Assembly (NCBI RefSeq): GCF_963921235.1
Contig: NC_086127.1
Coordinates: forward strand, 5,518,001 to 5,582,000
Length of the DNA stretch: 64,000 nt
Reading direction: 5' to 3'
Source of the DNA: Mobula hypostoma
Lineage: Eukaryota
A program made the position numbers and the translations under genes. Shown one piece after another: positions 11,631 to 24,448 of this stretch (its first letter is position 1; each line of letters opens with the position of its first letter). The notes below the pieces were generated by a model. The model had not been told where the DNA came from, made no database searches, and worked only from the letters and a program-made list of their open reading frames with translations.

Positions 11631-13228
11631 GAATCTCGGGCAGTTAATGGGAACATGGACAGGGGCAAAAAAGAACAGAATTTGCCCGTTTAATGTGAGT
11701 TGCATCGAATCATGTTTCGTTCCAAGACTCCGTGACGGGTTTGTTTCGTCCTGTTTTCTGAGAACTCACTCAGACCGAACGTGTCATTTTCAGCTGACTT
11801 GGGCGCGGGAGGTCGTGTTGTACCGAAGGGCTCATTTCTGTCCATCACGGTCCTATGTATCTATCTCGGACTTTATTTATTCAAACCGGAGATCAGGTAC
11901 AGTTCTGTATTGCTGTTTCTTTACACGAGTAAAAATAACCTCTATCGGGCAAGGCCAATGTGTGTTGTAAATAATAATCGATGTGGAGAGAGATATTTAT
12001 TCTCCATTCCCACCCCGCACATCCCGATTGTTTTCCTGTACTTTGTGAACGTCTCGCAGCCTTCGCTTCTGTCACTATTGTTGCCGCTATTTATTCCGAG
12101 CGGTACATTTATGAAAATTCCCAGTTCATTACAGGAAAACTGATTCTTCTTCCTTCCCCATTAGCTAAACCAACAAAGGAGGTATCTAATGGGTTTCGGT
12201 GAGAAATGTCTATTGCTCTTTAGGGCGAAAGCAAACCCGGTGCTTTCTAAGCAGTGCCGGCGTTTAGACCCAAGAGCCTAAGTAAGGCAGCTGATGATCG
12301 TGGAGGGGTCGTACCGGCAATGTTTCGTGTTCCAGCTTTCCTGTTCTTCTCGGAGACTACAAAAATGACCATTTTATGTAATAATGAGTTATTCATTAAT
12401 CGGGCATTTTCAAGCCTTGCGGGCTGCTGGTAACTGTCACAATTGATCTTCAATAGAGTTAGAACCTACACAGCACAACACGGCATTTGGAATGGGGAGT
12501 ACAACCGGAAATGCGGGAAGTTCTCCGGGTTTTAGCAGCACACAACGAAACAGAAGCCGTAGGAATTTTTATCCAGATCCCTGTGACGATGAAGCATTGA
12601 TAAAGAGTGAAGACAGGTTAGTTTCCAACAGCAGCGGCGATTGACGAAATGTGGATGGAACAAAGGATAAAAATAATAGGGTAAGTCAAAGTCAGAGTAG
12701 ATGTATTATTAAAGTAATATATGTGTCGCCATGGACTAACTTGAGATTAATTTCCTTGCAACAATTGCAGGAATAACGAAATAAGATGGAAATTTAAAAA
12801 AACTGTGCATCTATACGGACAATCAATGTACAAGGAAATACACATTGTGCAAATTTTAACAAATCATCGATTCTTCATTTTCCCCCTTTGGTTATCCATT
12901 GCAAATGGCAAGGCTGCACAATGGGCCAGAATACAGCGGTAGAAGGATAAACACAGAGGCCGTTTCACAGGTGGATGCTTGGCAAAAGTGTTTTTTTCTG
13001 TCGCAGACAATTGTCCCAGCACAGAAGTCTGTAATGTGCTAAAAAGGGAAGATGAGACGTTGTTTTTCAAGCCGGTGTTGGGTCTCGCATTACACCCGAA
13101 TAGGTTATGGTCGCTGAGTCAAAGTATTCAACTCTCTGTGGTGGTTGTTGACTATTCTCCTCTAATGCACCTGTTTAATCATGCACAAAACACTTTTATG
13201 AAGCGTCTTCATGACCATTTTCTCGAAT

Positions 13229-13585
13229 CCATAAGACCATAAGACATAAGAACAGCGTTAGTCCATTCAGCCCATCGAGTCTGCTCCGCCATTCCATCAT
13301 GGCTGATCCCGGATCCCACTCAACCCCATACACCTGCCTTCTCACCATATCCTTTTATGTCACGACCGATCACCATTCGCCTGAAATATATCCAAGGACT
13401 TGCCCTCCACCGCAGCCTGTGGCAGAGCGTTCCACAGATTCCCGACTCTCTGGCTAAAACCATTTCTCTTTAACTCCGTTCTAAAGGGTCGCCCCTCAGT
13501 TTTGAGGCTGTGCCCTCTAGTTCCGGATACCCCCACCATAAGAAGCGTCCTCTCCACATCCCCCCATCTAGTCCTTTCCACACAA
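13229..13585 (-). mobile_element. CR1 3' end fragment
   Basis: TRGHSLK..GRPFRTE..RN.FSQRV.NLWNALP; tail visible as (CATAAGA)n on the + strand. Confidence 0.85.
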
Positions 13586-13914
13586 TCCAAATATATATGA
13601 CATGGATTGGCTTTCAGTTATTAAGTTGTTTGTTTAATCCTCAAAGGTCAGCAGATTTCCTTACAGTATTCCCATTTTCCTTCATCTCCATTCTGCCCGA
13701 TAGCTTCATGCACTTGCACACAACCTGGGATCATGTCACTAATAACGGGTTCACTACCTTCCTAATAGAGAGTGCTAGACATCTTCCTTTCTTCTATCGT
13801 TTCCAGTCCTCTGGAACATTTCCCAAATCTAGTGTGTGTTTTTTTGGTCGATTGCTATTTGCACACCTTAAATCTCTGCAGCGACTCCCATTAAGATGGT
13901 GATGAAGTCGGTTG

Positions 13915-14292
13915 TGGATACTGTAGAGAGCACAGCGGAAGCAGGTGAAGTTGCAGATCATGACGATGAAATGGCAAATGGAGTTTGACCAGGGCAAGTA
14001 GGAGGTAAAGCAGTTTGGGAGGTCGGATGTGAAATGCGGGTAGATTGGTAATGACCGTGTCGATGTGCACACCGATATGGGGACCAGGTTCATAGCTCCT
14101 GGGAAGAGACCAGACAAGAATATGAGCTGGTTTACAAAAAAACAACAACAGATGCTGAGGACTTGATTGTCTTTATTCAGCCAGACACTGATATCAATGA
14201 TCAGGAAATAGTGCTGCAGTTTTATAGAACTCCAGCTGAGCCGCACCCGGAGCATTGCATTACATTCTGTTCGCCCCACGACAGGAAGGATA
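13915..14292 (+). mobile_element. Degenerate CR1 RT fragment
   Basis: KWQMEF..LQFYRT..PH.EHC..FCSP remnants. Confidence 0.6.
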
Positions 14293-14299
14293 TATATAA

Positions 14300-14700
14300 A
14301 AGTATTTATATAAAAGTACGGTTTATTAATGCGTTTGTATTTTATAGCAATAGCTTGGTGAATGATGTTCACCACTTTATTGTGCCTGTGTAAGTCATCA
14401 GATTGAGTTAAACTGCTGCAGGATCCTGTAATGTGTTGGAATGTTTTTTTTATTTCTCTTGGCATTTTCTGTATTTATCGTCTTGAATTTTTTTGGTCTT
14501 CAATTATGTAATGTTGATCATTTTCGTGTTAAATACCGGGTCCTGTATTACCACGAGGAACTCTCCTATTTATGGGAAGATGTCTCCAACGCTCAGCCGG
14601 TCGGCATCCCTTGAAGAGGTCTAGTCTGCTCAGATCGTCATTATTATTATTATATTTATTTTTCTGAGCTGAAGCTGGTAAAACCTGAGCACGTTCTTTT
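14300..14700 (-). mobile_element. R4/Dong fragments adjacent to (TTA)n
   Basis: QHITGSCSSLTQSDxLHRHNKVVNIIHQ; element-end sequence at 14665-14690 abuts TTATTATTAT. Confidence 0.65.
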
Positions 14701-16699
14701 CTCAACTGTTATTCTCGTTATATTTAGGTCTGTGGCTTTCTGAACAGTTACAGAGATATTGCTGTGTCGCCCTAATTGTATAACGCAGTAGAATTATACC
14801 AGTTGTAAATGTTACAGTCGGGACAATTTATACTCTGTTCATTTTGCAAAGTTTTGTTAAAACTTCGTCTTATTATTACTATTCTATCGTTTATTTTGTA
14901 TCTCCGCAGTTTGTTATCTTTTTCACACTGGTTATACACCAGTTGGTGCGGTCTTTCAGTGAATCCATTGTGATTGTTGGATATATTGATTAGGCCCACA
15001 AGAAAAGAAATCCTTGTCTTGTACACTGTGACATATTGTACTTTGATAATAAATTTCCTTTGAACATTGAACTTTTCACTTGGATTAACCGGCTTCTGCT
15101 GTGAAGAGTGGTTTTACCAAACCGGAGTCGCTTTCTCTGGAGCGTCGCGGACAGAGGGGAGGCGTGATAGAACTTTGTAAAAGTTTGAACGGGACGGGCT
15201 GGGCCGACAGCCGGCATCGACTTCTGATGGAATGGTATAATATGAGACGTATGAAGATAAGGCGAGAGAGGGAATTGATAGAAGTTCTTTGGGACAAGGG
15301 AATGGTGAGTACCTGGAATGTACTATCTGGGTTTGGGATGAAGGATGATTCAGAGACGTGCAGACAATGTGCATAGAATGGAGGGATATGGACCGTGTAC
15401 CGGGAGAAGTGATTCATTTAATTAGCCCCCATTATCGTAATAATTTCGGAACTGCATCAGGAGCTGAAAGCCCTTTTCCTGCGCTGGTCTGTTCTCTGTT
15501 CCACGTCTGTTCTAGTTCTGTCAGCCCAGTCAAACACCGGTACAGTCCTCACCGTCACTGGGCACATCCACAGGGAGCGTTGTCACTGGAAACCACCATC
15601 CATTATCGAGAACCCCCATCATCCCGGCCATGCTCTCGTCTCGCTGCTGCCATCAGGGGGGAGGTAGAGGAGACTTCGGTCCCAGAGAACCAGGCTGAGA
15701 TTCAGTTATTACCCTTCACACTGCAGGCTCCTGAGCTACTGTGGTAACTGCACGCAGCTCGACGCAGAATTGATTCCATAACCTACTGACGCGATTTGAA
15801 AGCATCTACAACTACATACATATATTTATCTATCTCTTTATCTATCTACTCATCTCGTTACTCAGACATTTACTCTTATAATTATTATTATTATTTCATT
15901 TTTCAGCTGACGCTGGTAGAACCTGATCTACGGGCATAGCCAAGCACACTCGTTTCTCAATTGCGAGGAACTTCCGGACTATTCCAGTGCTGTTTAGTCA
16001 TATACATTGCAAAGGGTGTTTCTATTTTCCCAGTTGGCCGCCCCCCAGGTCAGTGCTCTTCCACTGAAGAGAGAGGTGACGAAGGCAATCCTGACTCGGG
16101 CCGTCAACTGCAGAGATGGCTGGAGCAGGAAGTGTAAGACGCACTGGGAAAGGAAGTTGCGGCTTTGGGTTCGGGATCCTTCGAGGCGTCGGGCAGCGGA
16201 ATCCGGGGCTCAGAGGGGGGAGGTTGGCTGCCCCGGGGTTGCTGTTTATCGAAGGAGAGGGTTGCAGGAGAGAGGTGATCAGACAGTCAGTGGTTTCCTG
16301 TTGCTTCCGGATCGGGCACCCATGTCGGCAGAAAACTCCCTTTAGGTGAGCATTCTCTGCTGGGTCAGTCGATGGTTTGCCGATCCTGTCAGGAAATGTC
16401 GAGAACGCTTGACTCAAACGCAGAGCAGCGGATACGATCCAACGGGGAACGGTCATTTTAGTAATAAACTGCAAAATAACAAGCCACAAGGGGCCACTGA
16501 GCAAGACAGAACTGACACTAAACACGACGAGGCAACAAGGTAACTGAAGGCTCGGAGCGAGGTTTTGAGGTCAGCTGGATCGGATGAGTGAACATGGACT
16601 GTGCATGAGAGCTGAGTTTAAACAGCCTGCAGGTAGTGAGTTGGAAACGAGTGGCAGGTGACTCCAGTTAGCTGGGTGGAGACTGGGAGGAGCCTGCAT

Positions 16700-17940
16700 G
16701 TGCAGGCCTCACTGGAGGTGGATGTGTGGATGTCGTCTGCTTCGATTTTAGTCAGGCGTTTGACAAGATCCCTTATGGGAGACTCCTCCAAAATATTAAG
16801 CTGCATGGGATCAGTGGTGAATTGGCCTCGCGTTCAGAACTGACTTGCCCACAGAAGACAGAACGTCGTGGTCAAAAAGACATTGCAGCTGGAAGTCTGT
16901 GATTACTGGTGTTCTCCAGGGATTTGCACTGAGACCTCACCTGTTTGTGAGGTTTAAAAATGACCCGAATAGAAATGCAGACGGCGCGGCGAGGAAGATT
17001 GCAGACGGTACGAAGATTGGTGGTGTTGTGCTCAGCATAGGTGACTGGCAAAGGATACATTGGGAAATAGATCTGTTGCAGGAAATTGACAGATGGAGTT
17101 TAACACGGCCAAATATGAAGCGTTGCACCTCACAGGTCAACTATAAAAGGGGAGTATACTGGTAAGCGCATCCCCTTAACAGTCTTGATGAGCATAGGGG
17201 TCTTGAAGTCCACCTTCACAGCTCCCTGGAACCAGCGACACAGTTTGATACGGAGTTTAAGAAGGCATATGGCATGTTGGCCTTTATTAACCGAGGGATT
17301 AAGCTCAAAAGTCAGGAAATAATGTTGCAACTTAGTTCGCCCGCATGTGTAGCATGGAATACAACTCTGATCATCCCATTATAGGAATACATTCGCGACT
17401 CTGGAGACAGTGCACAAATGATTTGCCAGGAGACTGCCTGGAGCAGAGTACATGTGCTATAACGAGAGATTTGACAGAGTAGACAGACAGTGTTTGTTCA
17501 TGCCTGGATTGGAATTTTTAATTCCAGAAAGCGTGCAATTAAAGTGAAAGGGGGTAATTGGGAAGGGTTGCGATGGGCAAGGTTTAACACAGAGAGTAGT
17601 GGGTGTCTTTAATGCGCTGCCTGTCGTGGGAGTAGAAGCAGATCCATTAGGGACTTTTAAGAGACGTTTAGATAAGCAGGTGGCTGTGAGGAAATGGTCG
17701 GATATGGACAAGAGAAAATCTGCAGATGCCGGAAACCCGAGCAACACACACAAACTCTGGAGGAACTCAGCAGGACAGGCAGTACCTAGGAAAAGAGTAG
17801 AGTCGCTGTTTCGGGCCGAAACCTAAAGGATCTGGACATTGTGACGGCATAAGGGGTTTGTTTGGTTGCTCATTTGATTATTAATTTGTTCGGCAAACAT
17901 TACGGACCGTAGAACCTGTTCCTGTGCTGGACTGTTCAAT
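16700..17940 (+). mobile_element. Degenerate CR1 RT/3' fragment with a nested half Penelope-derived element (17710-17823)
   Basis: WKSVITGVLQG..L.P.LF..IADGTKIGGVV; nested TCTGCAGATGC..ACACACAAA..GGAACTCAGCAGG..GTTTCGGGCCGAAA. Confidence 0.7.
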
Positions 17941-19664
17941 GAACATCTCTGCAGGCGGTTCTGTTCTGCTGGGTCAGATCCCACTAATCCTGACCACTGT
18001 CTGGTTTTACCTTGCCGCATTCTGCGACCTTCTCTTTAGGATCACCAACGTGTGCCATTGATAGTCGTTTACCTGGTTCCTTTTCCCTAGGCTTACTAAA
18101 GTGTATGATGTGATGGCTGTTTACTGCTGCTCCCCACTAACATTACCTGCGTTCAGACGTTCCCCTGGACCGTTCAAAGATGCTGTCGTTCTCGCTGGGC
18201 TGGAGGGGCACGGATTCTCTTTACGCCGAGTGAATGTGCTCAGAGACCAGCGCTGTGCCCGCAATTCAGCTGGGAGCTGTGCCAGGCTCGGTTTGAAAAG
18301 GTGGCCGACATGTGTCTAGGGGTTCCCAGTGGTGGCCAGGAGCAGACCGCTGGACATCGTCTCTACTCAAGTTCAGCACAGCCCCCAACAACAGACAGTG
18401 ATCCTCACCCTCTCCCTACCCCTCCTGATGGTGTCTTGCCCCATCCTCGAATCCGTGCTGCAGGCCACTCCCTGAGCCCCACCCCACAACAGGGCACGCC
18501 CGTGCCGGTGCCAGCCATCAGCAGATCACTCAGTACCAGCCCAGTGCCAGCGCACTATGCAAATGCCATCCTGTGTGCCAGCAAAACAGTGATATTTCTG
18601 GCATCGCTGGATACCCCACCCCTCTCCCGGTACAGATCAGCACACACCTGTCCCTCTCTGAGGTACTACACGGGCTCCCACTCCCTCCATGGGGATAGGC
18701 ACAGAGAAGAAAATGCCCCATCACCAACGTCGCATGACTCTGACGTGATCTAGCAGATAATTTTCCATTGTCCCATCCGTTCCTCCTCAAACGTTGCAAC
18801 TTAATACTTTCCTGCCTCTGAAATTCATTAATGTACGTTTCAATCTGAAACATTGTCTCTGTTTCTCACTTCACAGATGCTGACCGACCTGCTGAGTGTT
18901 TTCAGAAGTTGTATCTTCACAACCCTCCCTCCATCTACCTCTCCTTCCTTCCTCTGTTTCCCTTCAGTCCTCCGTCTCGCTTTACCTCTCCTTCCCTTAT
19001 TATCTCTCCCCTATTTCCCTCTCTCTGCCTTTCTTCTAGTTCTCGATCTTTCTCTGAAAGGAGACTGGACCAAATGGTTAGGCTGCTGGGATTCACAGCA
19101 ATTGGCAAAGTGGATCTCCTGTTACTATGGCAACAGGAGACCGAGGGATTATGATTGGCCGTTTGTGATCTGTGGTGATCCACATGTACTGGCGCTGGAA
19201 CTCTTGATGTTTGAAATGGATGATAGAAATGGTGGGCTGTTGTGGAGGGAAGGGTTAGATTGATTCTGGAGCAGGTTAAATGGTCGGCACGACGTCGTGG
19301 GGCCGAAGGGCCTGTACTGTTCTGCATTACTCCATATTCTATGTTCTGTGTTCTAATTCGGAGCAAGAAACAACCTGATGTATGAACTCCGCGTCGAGCA
19401 GCGTCGGGGGGAGGAAAGGAACTGTCGACATTTCGGTCGAAACATCGCAGCAGCTCCAACAGACTCTGTGGTGTTGACAGACAAAGAGTTGTACGTAAAT
19501 CACAACGTTCTCGGAATAAACAAATGTCTACTTCGCTATAATACTTCTCTTTTGGCTTAATATCCAACTCCTTGCCAGCTAAGCTTCAACCTACAAATTT
19601 CCATCAATTCCGCCCTCAGTTATCTCCACCCCGCCGAACCTGCTCGTTCCGCCGTCAACCCACA

Positions 19665-19856
19665 AGATTCTGCACTTGTTGGTAATCCAGAGTAACACAC
19701 ACAAAATGCTGGAGGAACTCAGCAGGTCAGACAGCAATGGTGGAATCTGACGGCATTCCTGATGAAGGGTCTCGGCCCGAAACGTCGGCTCCTTGTTCCT
19801 CTCCATAGATGCTGACTGACCTGCTGAGTTCCACCTGCATTTTGTGCGAGTAACTC
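19665..19856. mobile_element. Palindromic Penelope-derived element with minimal type I hammerhead core
   Basis: Inverted arms ACACAAAATGCTGGAGGAACTCAGCAGGTCAG / CTGACCTGCTGAGTTCCACCTGCATTTTGTG; core CTGATGA-A-GGGTCTCGGCCC-GAAAC-GTC at 19759-19786. Confidence 0.7.
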
Positions 19857-20099
19857 CAACTCATTCTGTCCAACATTTTCAAACGTACTTATCAGTGCAA
19901 GTTAAATCGTGCGGCCGGTTCAATTCCAATGACAGCTCCCGCTTGGTTTTGGGTAATTACACCGACACGGACTCTGAGTGAGAAGATGAAAGCTCTGTAA
20001 CTGGGAGACTCCAACAACAACTCTCACAGAGTATTCACTGGTGCTGTGTGAAGTATTGTTCTCAGGGTGTTATGTTAACTCCAATCACTTTAATTTGTT

Positions 20100-20695
20100 T
20101 CAGTTTATAAAAGATTGAGTTCAAGAGTGGCGAGGTAACGTTGCAGCCCAATAAAAACCTGGCTGGGCCACACTGAGAATATTACATCCCGTTCTGGTCG
20201 TCTCGTTATAGGCAGGACGCGGAGGAGATTTACCAGGATGCTTTAATGACCGAGCACGTTGTGTGAGGAAAGGCTGAGCGAGCTGTGGCTTCTCTCGTTG
20301 GAGCGAACGAGGATGAGAGGTGAAGTTTTACAGGTGTACAATTTGACAAAAGGCACGGATGGAGTAGATAGCCAGAGACGTTTACCTGTGGGGGTGGGGC
20401 GGTGGATGACCAATATGAATGTCCATCATTGAAGGGGATTGGAGGAAATTATTGAGGGGAAGACAGAGATGAGTTTTATTACACAGAGAATGACGGGTGC
20501 GTGGAAAATCCTGCCAGCAGTGGTGGTGGAGGCTGATACATCACAGAGTCTCTAAAATAGGTTCATGGACAATTGAAAAATGCAGCGTTATGTTGGAAAG
20601 GAGGGTTAGATTGATCGTAGAGTAGTTTGAAAGATCGCACAACATCGGGGGCCGAAGAGTGTGTACTGCGTTGTAGTGTTTGATGTTCTTTGTTC
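20100..20695 (+). mobile_element. Degenerate CR1 3' fragment
   Basis: Homologous to the 7630-8225 region of the long CR1. Confidence 0.7.
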
Positions 20696-21385
20696 CAAAT
20701 GTTCACGTCTCCATCGAATCCAAGTGATTTTTGTTTTATTATGTGAAACAGTGAATATGTGAGGTATGTTGTTAGTTTGCAGAAAAGATCGGTGTTAAGC
20801 GCTCTGTTATTGGGCGGCCTCATGTCATTCTCAGCCCCACGAGTTTGGCGTGGAACAGCAACACAGTGTCAGCTGTATTTAAACCCTGCGTTGTTTGAGG
20901 AGCGTTTCCATTTACCAGTCCACCTTTACACCAGGGAAGATGTCATTTATAACAGGAGATCAGTTCGAATGTGAGATTATCGGGCTTTATCCTTTTCCGA
21001 TATCGGGGAGCTGTCGAGTTTATGCCAGTGAATGAACTCCAATCTGCAGTACAAGAGTTCACTTCATTCTACCAGGTCTGCCCCAAGTAAAGAGAAAATC
21101 CACTACCCTCTGTGCAAGGAGACAAACATTTCACAGGGAAAAGGATGGGTATTCCCACCTCCCTTTGGACAGTTACCTCACAGCGGAGAGAAAGTTTCAT
21201 TTCGACACCAAAGAGTTTAATCTGTTTTGTCAGTACTCTAGGGATCACCAATTAAATATTATAAACTATTTATATGACAGCTGATATTTCACCCGCTGAC
21301 ACAGTCAATATATTCCATCTTCTTAAATCTGTTATTTATGTTCATGAACGATCTGAAGCGTCGGTGTCCCGTGGAGATTGGCAAA

Positions 21386-21393
21386 TATATAAA
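21386..21393 (+). promoter_or_regulatory. Candidate TATA box of GPCR copy 1
   Basis: TATATAAA ~90 nt upstream of ATG 21480. Confidence 0.35.
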
Positions 21394-21479
21394 TTTAATG
21401 TTAAGGGAGACTTCTTCCACTGATTTTCATTGGGACTGATAGTCGGCTGCTGAAATCTTTTGATCAACTCACTCAGGAA

Positions 21480-21546
21480 ATGTTGGAAACTTTTTACCGC
21501 ATCAAGGATACCTACTATCTGGTCATTCTGGCTATCACTGTGCCCG
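21480..21546 (+). CDS. GPR139/GPR142-like GPCR copy 1, exon 1 (MLETFYRIKDTYYLVILAITVP)
   Basis: 67 nt ending at G|GTAAGA, phase 1. Homologous exons at 33017 and 53167; supplies the first half of TM1. Confidence 0.85.
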
Positions 21547-21774
21547 GTAAGAAATATTAAGTGGTGTGCCATCTTTTACCTAAAGTCAAGAGCGCCGTGC
21601 TCAGTGCTGTCAGCGATGATACTGAAATGCTACTTGATAGAAGTGGAAAGCTGTTTTACTGAAATTTTCTGTAGATGCGGATGGCATAAAAGAGAAAGAG
21701 AACGAAAAACATGTACCGGCTGTATGATTTGCGTCGCGTGAAATGCCGTACTGCGTGATATTAAACAATACCGC

Positions 21775-22180
21775 ACTGAAAAGATTAGCATTGGTGGGAA
21801 GATGAATGCTAGTAAGTACAGGGAGATCATTGATAAAAACCTCCTGGCCTCCGCCAGAAAGGGTAAACTGGGTAGGAAGCTCGTGTTTCAGCAGGACAAC
21901 ATCCCAAGACACGTTGCTAGAGCAAACGGGGATTGTCTTCAAATATTGAAAATTGATATCCTTGAGGGGCCCAATCGCAGCCCTAACCTTAACCCGATTG
22001 GGCATCTCTGTCACAACCTCAGGATTCCTGTGCACCACCGCTAACCTGGCACAGCTTGAGAAGTTTGTAAGGAGGAGTGGGTAAAACTTGCTGCATCACG
22101 TTGTAGAAAGCTAATAGAGACTTATCCAAAAGTAATATCGGCTGCCCTAGTTGTGATGGATTATTCAACTGAGTACTGAG
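21775..22180 (+). mobile_element. Tc1-like transposase 3' fragment in intron of copy 1
   Basis: MNASKYREII..LVFQQDNIPRH..SPNLNPI (DD34E-type motifs); homologous copy at 33310-33705. Confidence 0.85.
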
Positions 22181-22268
22181 CTTAGGAATGTTTATATTCT
22201 CCAGAATATTCCAAGCTGAGAATGGATGTACATTTCCAAATGAAATTCTGAACCCGAATCAGCTACTA

Positions 22269-23696
22269 CAGTGCCTTGTAAAAGTACCCAGCGCTCAACA
22301 CTTTGTTCACATTATTGAGTATTACAACCGGCGATTGTGATCAATTTAACTGGGAATGTTTACTTGTGAATCGTATACTCCCGTTTTCACGGTAGAGAGC
22401 GAAAAACATGGAATATTGTGAAGCATGAAAATCTAAAATAAATCGGAAACTGAAGTTATTCATGTCCCATTGCTCAGTACTTAGTTGAACCACCTCTTGC
22501 AGCAATTACAGCAGTAGTCTTTTTAGAGAAGTCTCGATTAGGTTTTGTGCACTGCGGTGAAAAAGATTTCCTGATCTTCCTTGCAAAATTGCTCAAGCTG
22601 TGCCAGGCCAGATGCGCAGGCGCAGTGGACAGCCATCTGGAGGTCCTATCAGAGATTTTGGATCGGGTTATGGTCAGGACTCTGAGGGGATGACTCAAAC
22701 ACGTCAATGCTCTTCATTGGAAGGTGCTCTATTGTTGTGAAAGTTTTCATCCAGGATCTCTCTACATTTAGCTCACTCACCTTCCCATCAATCCTGACCA
22801 GATTTCCCGTCTCTGTTGCTGAAAAGGATCCACATAGCATGACGGGGACGCAACACGCATCGCTAAAAACGTATTTTGCCCGTAAAGACTTTGCTTACAT
22901 GGGTGTGGAAGACAGCCTCGTGCTCAAATCAGACTGAAATTGAAATCTTTGGCCTCAACAAGTAAGCAGCATGTGTGCCGTAAATCTAATACTGCGCTTT
23001 GACCAGGCAACGCAAACCCTACCGTAAAGTGTGATGGAGGTAGCGTCGTGCTGTGAGGATGCTTTTCAGCAGCAGAGACTGGAAATGTGTCCGAATTGAT
23101 GGGAAGATGAATGCTGGTGAGTACTGAGAGATCATAGGTAAAAACCTGTTGGTCTCTGCCAGAAAGCTTAAACTGGGTAGGAAGTTGGTCTTTCAGCAGG
23201 ACAACATCCCAAAACACGTTGCCAGAGCAACGGTGGAGTGGCTTCAATGGCTGAAAATTGTTATCCTTGAGGGGCGGAATCGCAGTCCTCTTCTTTACCG
23301 TTGTACGTCTGTGTCACGACCTCAGGGGTCCAGTCCACTAACGCTCCCCGACTTACCTGGCACAGCTTGAGAGTTTTGCAAGGAGAAATGGGCAAAACTT
23401 GCTTCATCACGATGCACAAAGCTAACAGAGACCTACCCAAAAAATAATATTGGTTGCACTAGCTGTGAGCGATGATTCATATAAGGTGCATGGATACTTT
23501 TGAAATGCTGACATTACAGTGTTTTTATTTTTTTCATGCTTTACAACTTTGTCTGTTTGTTTGCGCTCTGCTGTGAAAAATAAAGAACACGTGATTCACA
23601 AATGAAAAGTCTCAGTTAATCTGATAAAAGTCCCTGGTAGTAATGCTCATTTCTGTGAAGATAGAGTTGGGGACTAATACTTTTAGAAGGCAACAT
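22269..23696. mobile_element. Fold-back Tc1 derivative: two transposase 3' halves in opposite orientation
   Basis: Left end TA|CAGTGCCTTGTAAAAGTA and right end TACTTTTAGAAGGCAAC. The left arm carries the transposase C-terminus on the minus strand (AVIAARGGSTKY; FSATETGNLVRIDGK) and the right arm on the plus strand (GGSV..FSAAETG..FQQDNIPKH). Confidence 0.75.
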
Positions 23697-24448
23697 AAAT
23701 ACTATTGGGATGTAACCATTATACTATCGATATGTCATGTACTGTCTTGTACATTTTATTAGTCGCTGGTTAATCGCAACTTTGAACGTTCGTTGAACGC
23801 ACAGGTCACTTCGGGACAACTGACAGATTGCTATTGTAACATGATGGCACATGAAAACAAAATTCTTGGCATGTCAGTCTTCGCATTTTTTGTTTGTTTT
23901 CTTTTCTGCAGATACGTTCGTTTCGTTTTCCGCGATATACGAGATTCCCGGTGTTCATTAGTGAGGTGACAAGAAATAGCATCTTGACCTTTACTGTCCG
24001 AAATATGTTAATCAAGGCAAAACTTCCTGTACAGTGGCAATCCACTAACATTTGGAGTGAAGGAGCAGACATTTCAAGCACATTTACAATCAACATATTT
24101 AAATTTTGTCTGAAAGGCACTTGCATACTGCAAATATGCACAGAATACCTTGCTTAATAATTTGTTTGCTTCATTGATTATTTGCTGATTGTTGATGTGT
24201 TTATCGACTCCTCCTTCCTCTCGCTAAATTTCAAAAGAGTTATTGCTCAGGAATGTTTACCTTTTGATTTATGACGTTTCTGCAAATAAACTGCATCTGA
24301 CAAGCAGGGAACTAGTTGTGCACCAGCCGACAATCCTTATATTGGGGAAACAAACGTACATTGGCGGGCATAGGGGTAAAGGGTGAGCAAGAGATAGACT
24401 TTAAACTCGTAGTATCTATCAGGGTAGGTCCAGCACCAAGGAATATTT

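Noticed and set aside
16000-16545. GC-rich stretch with GGAAGT motifs and an AG|GTGAGC donor as the first exon of an unknown gene
   Set aside because: No recognisable protein or downstream partner exon; cannot be supported without expression data.
23806-24157. Possible Helitron-like or coding fragment in the GPCR intron
   Set aside because: No convincing conserved motif in any frame.
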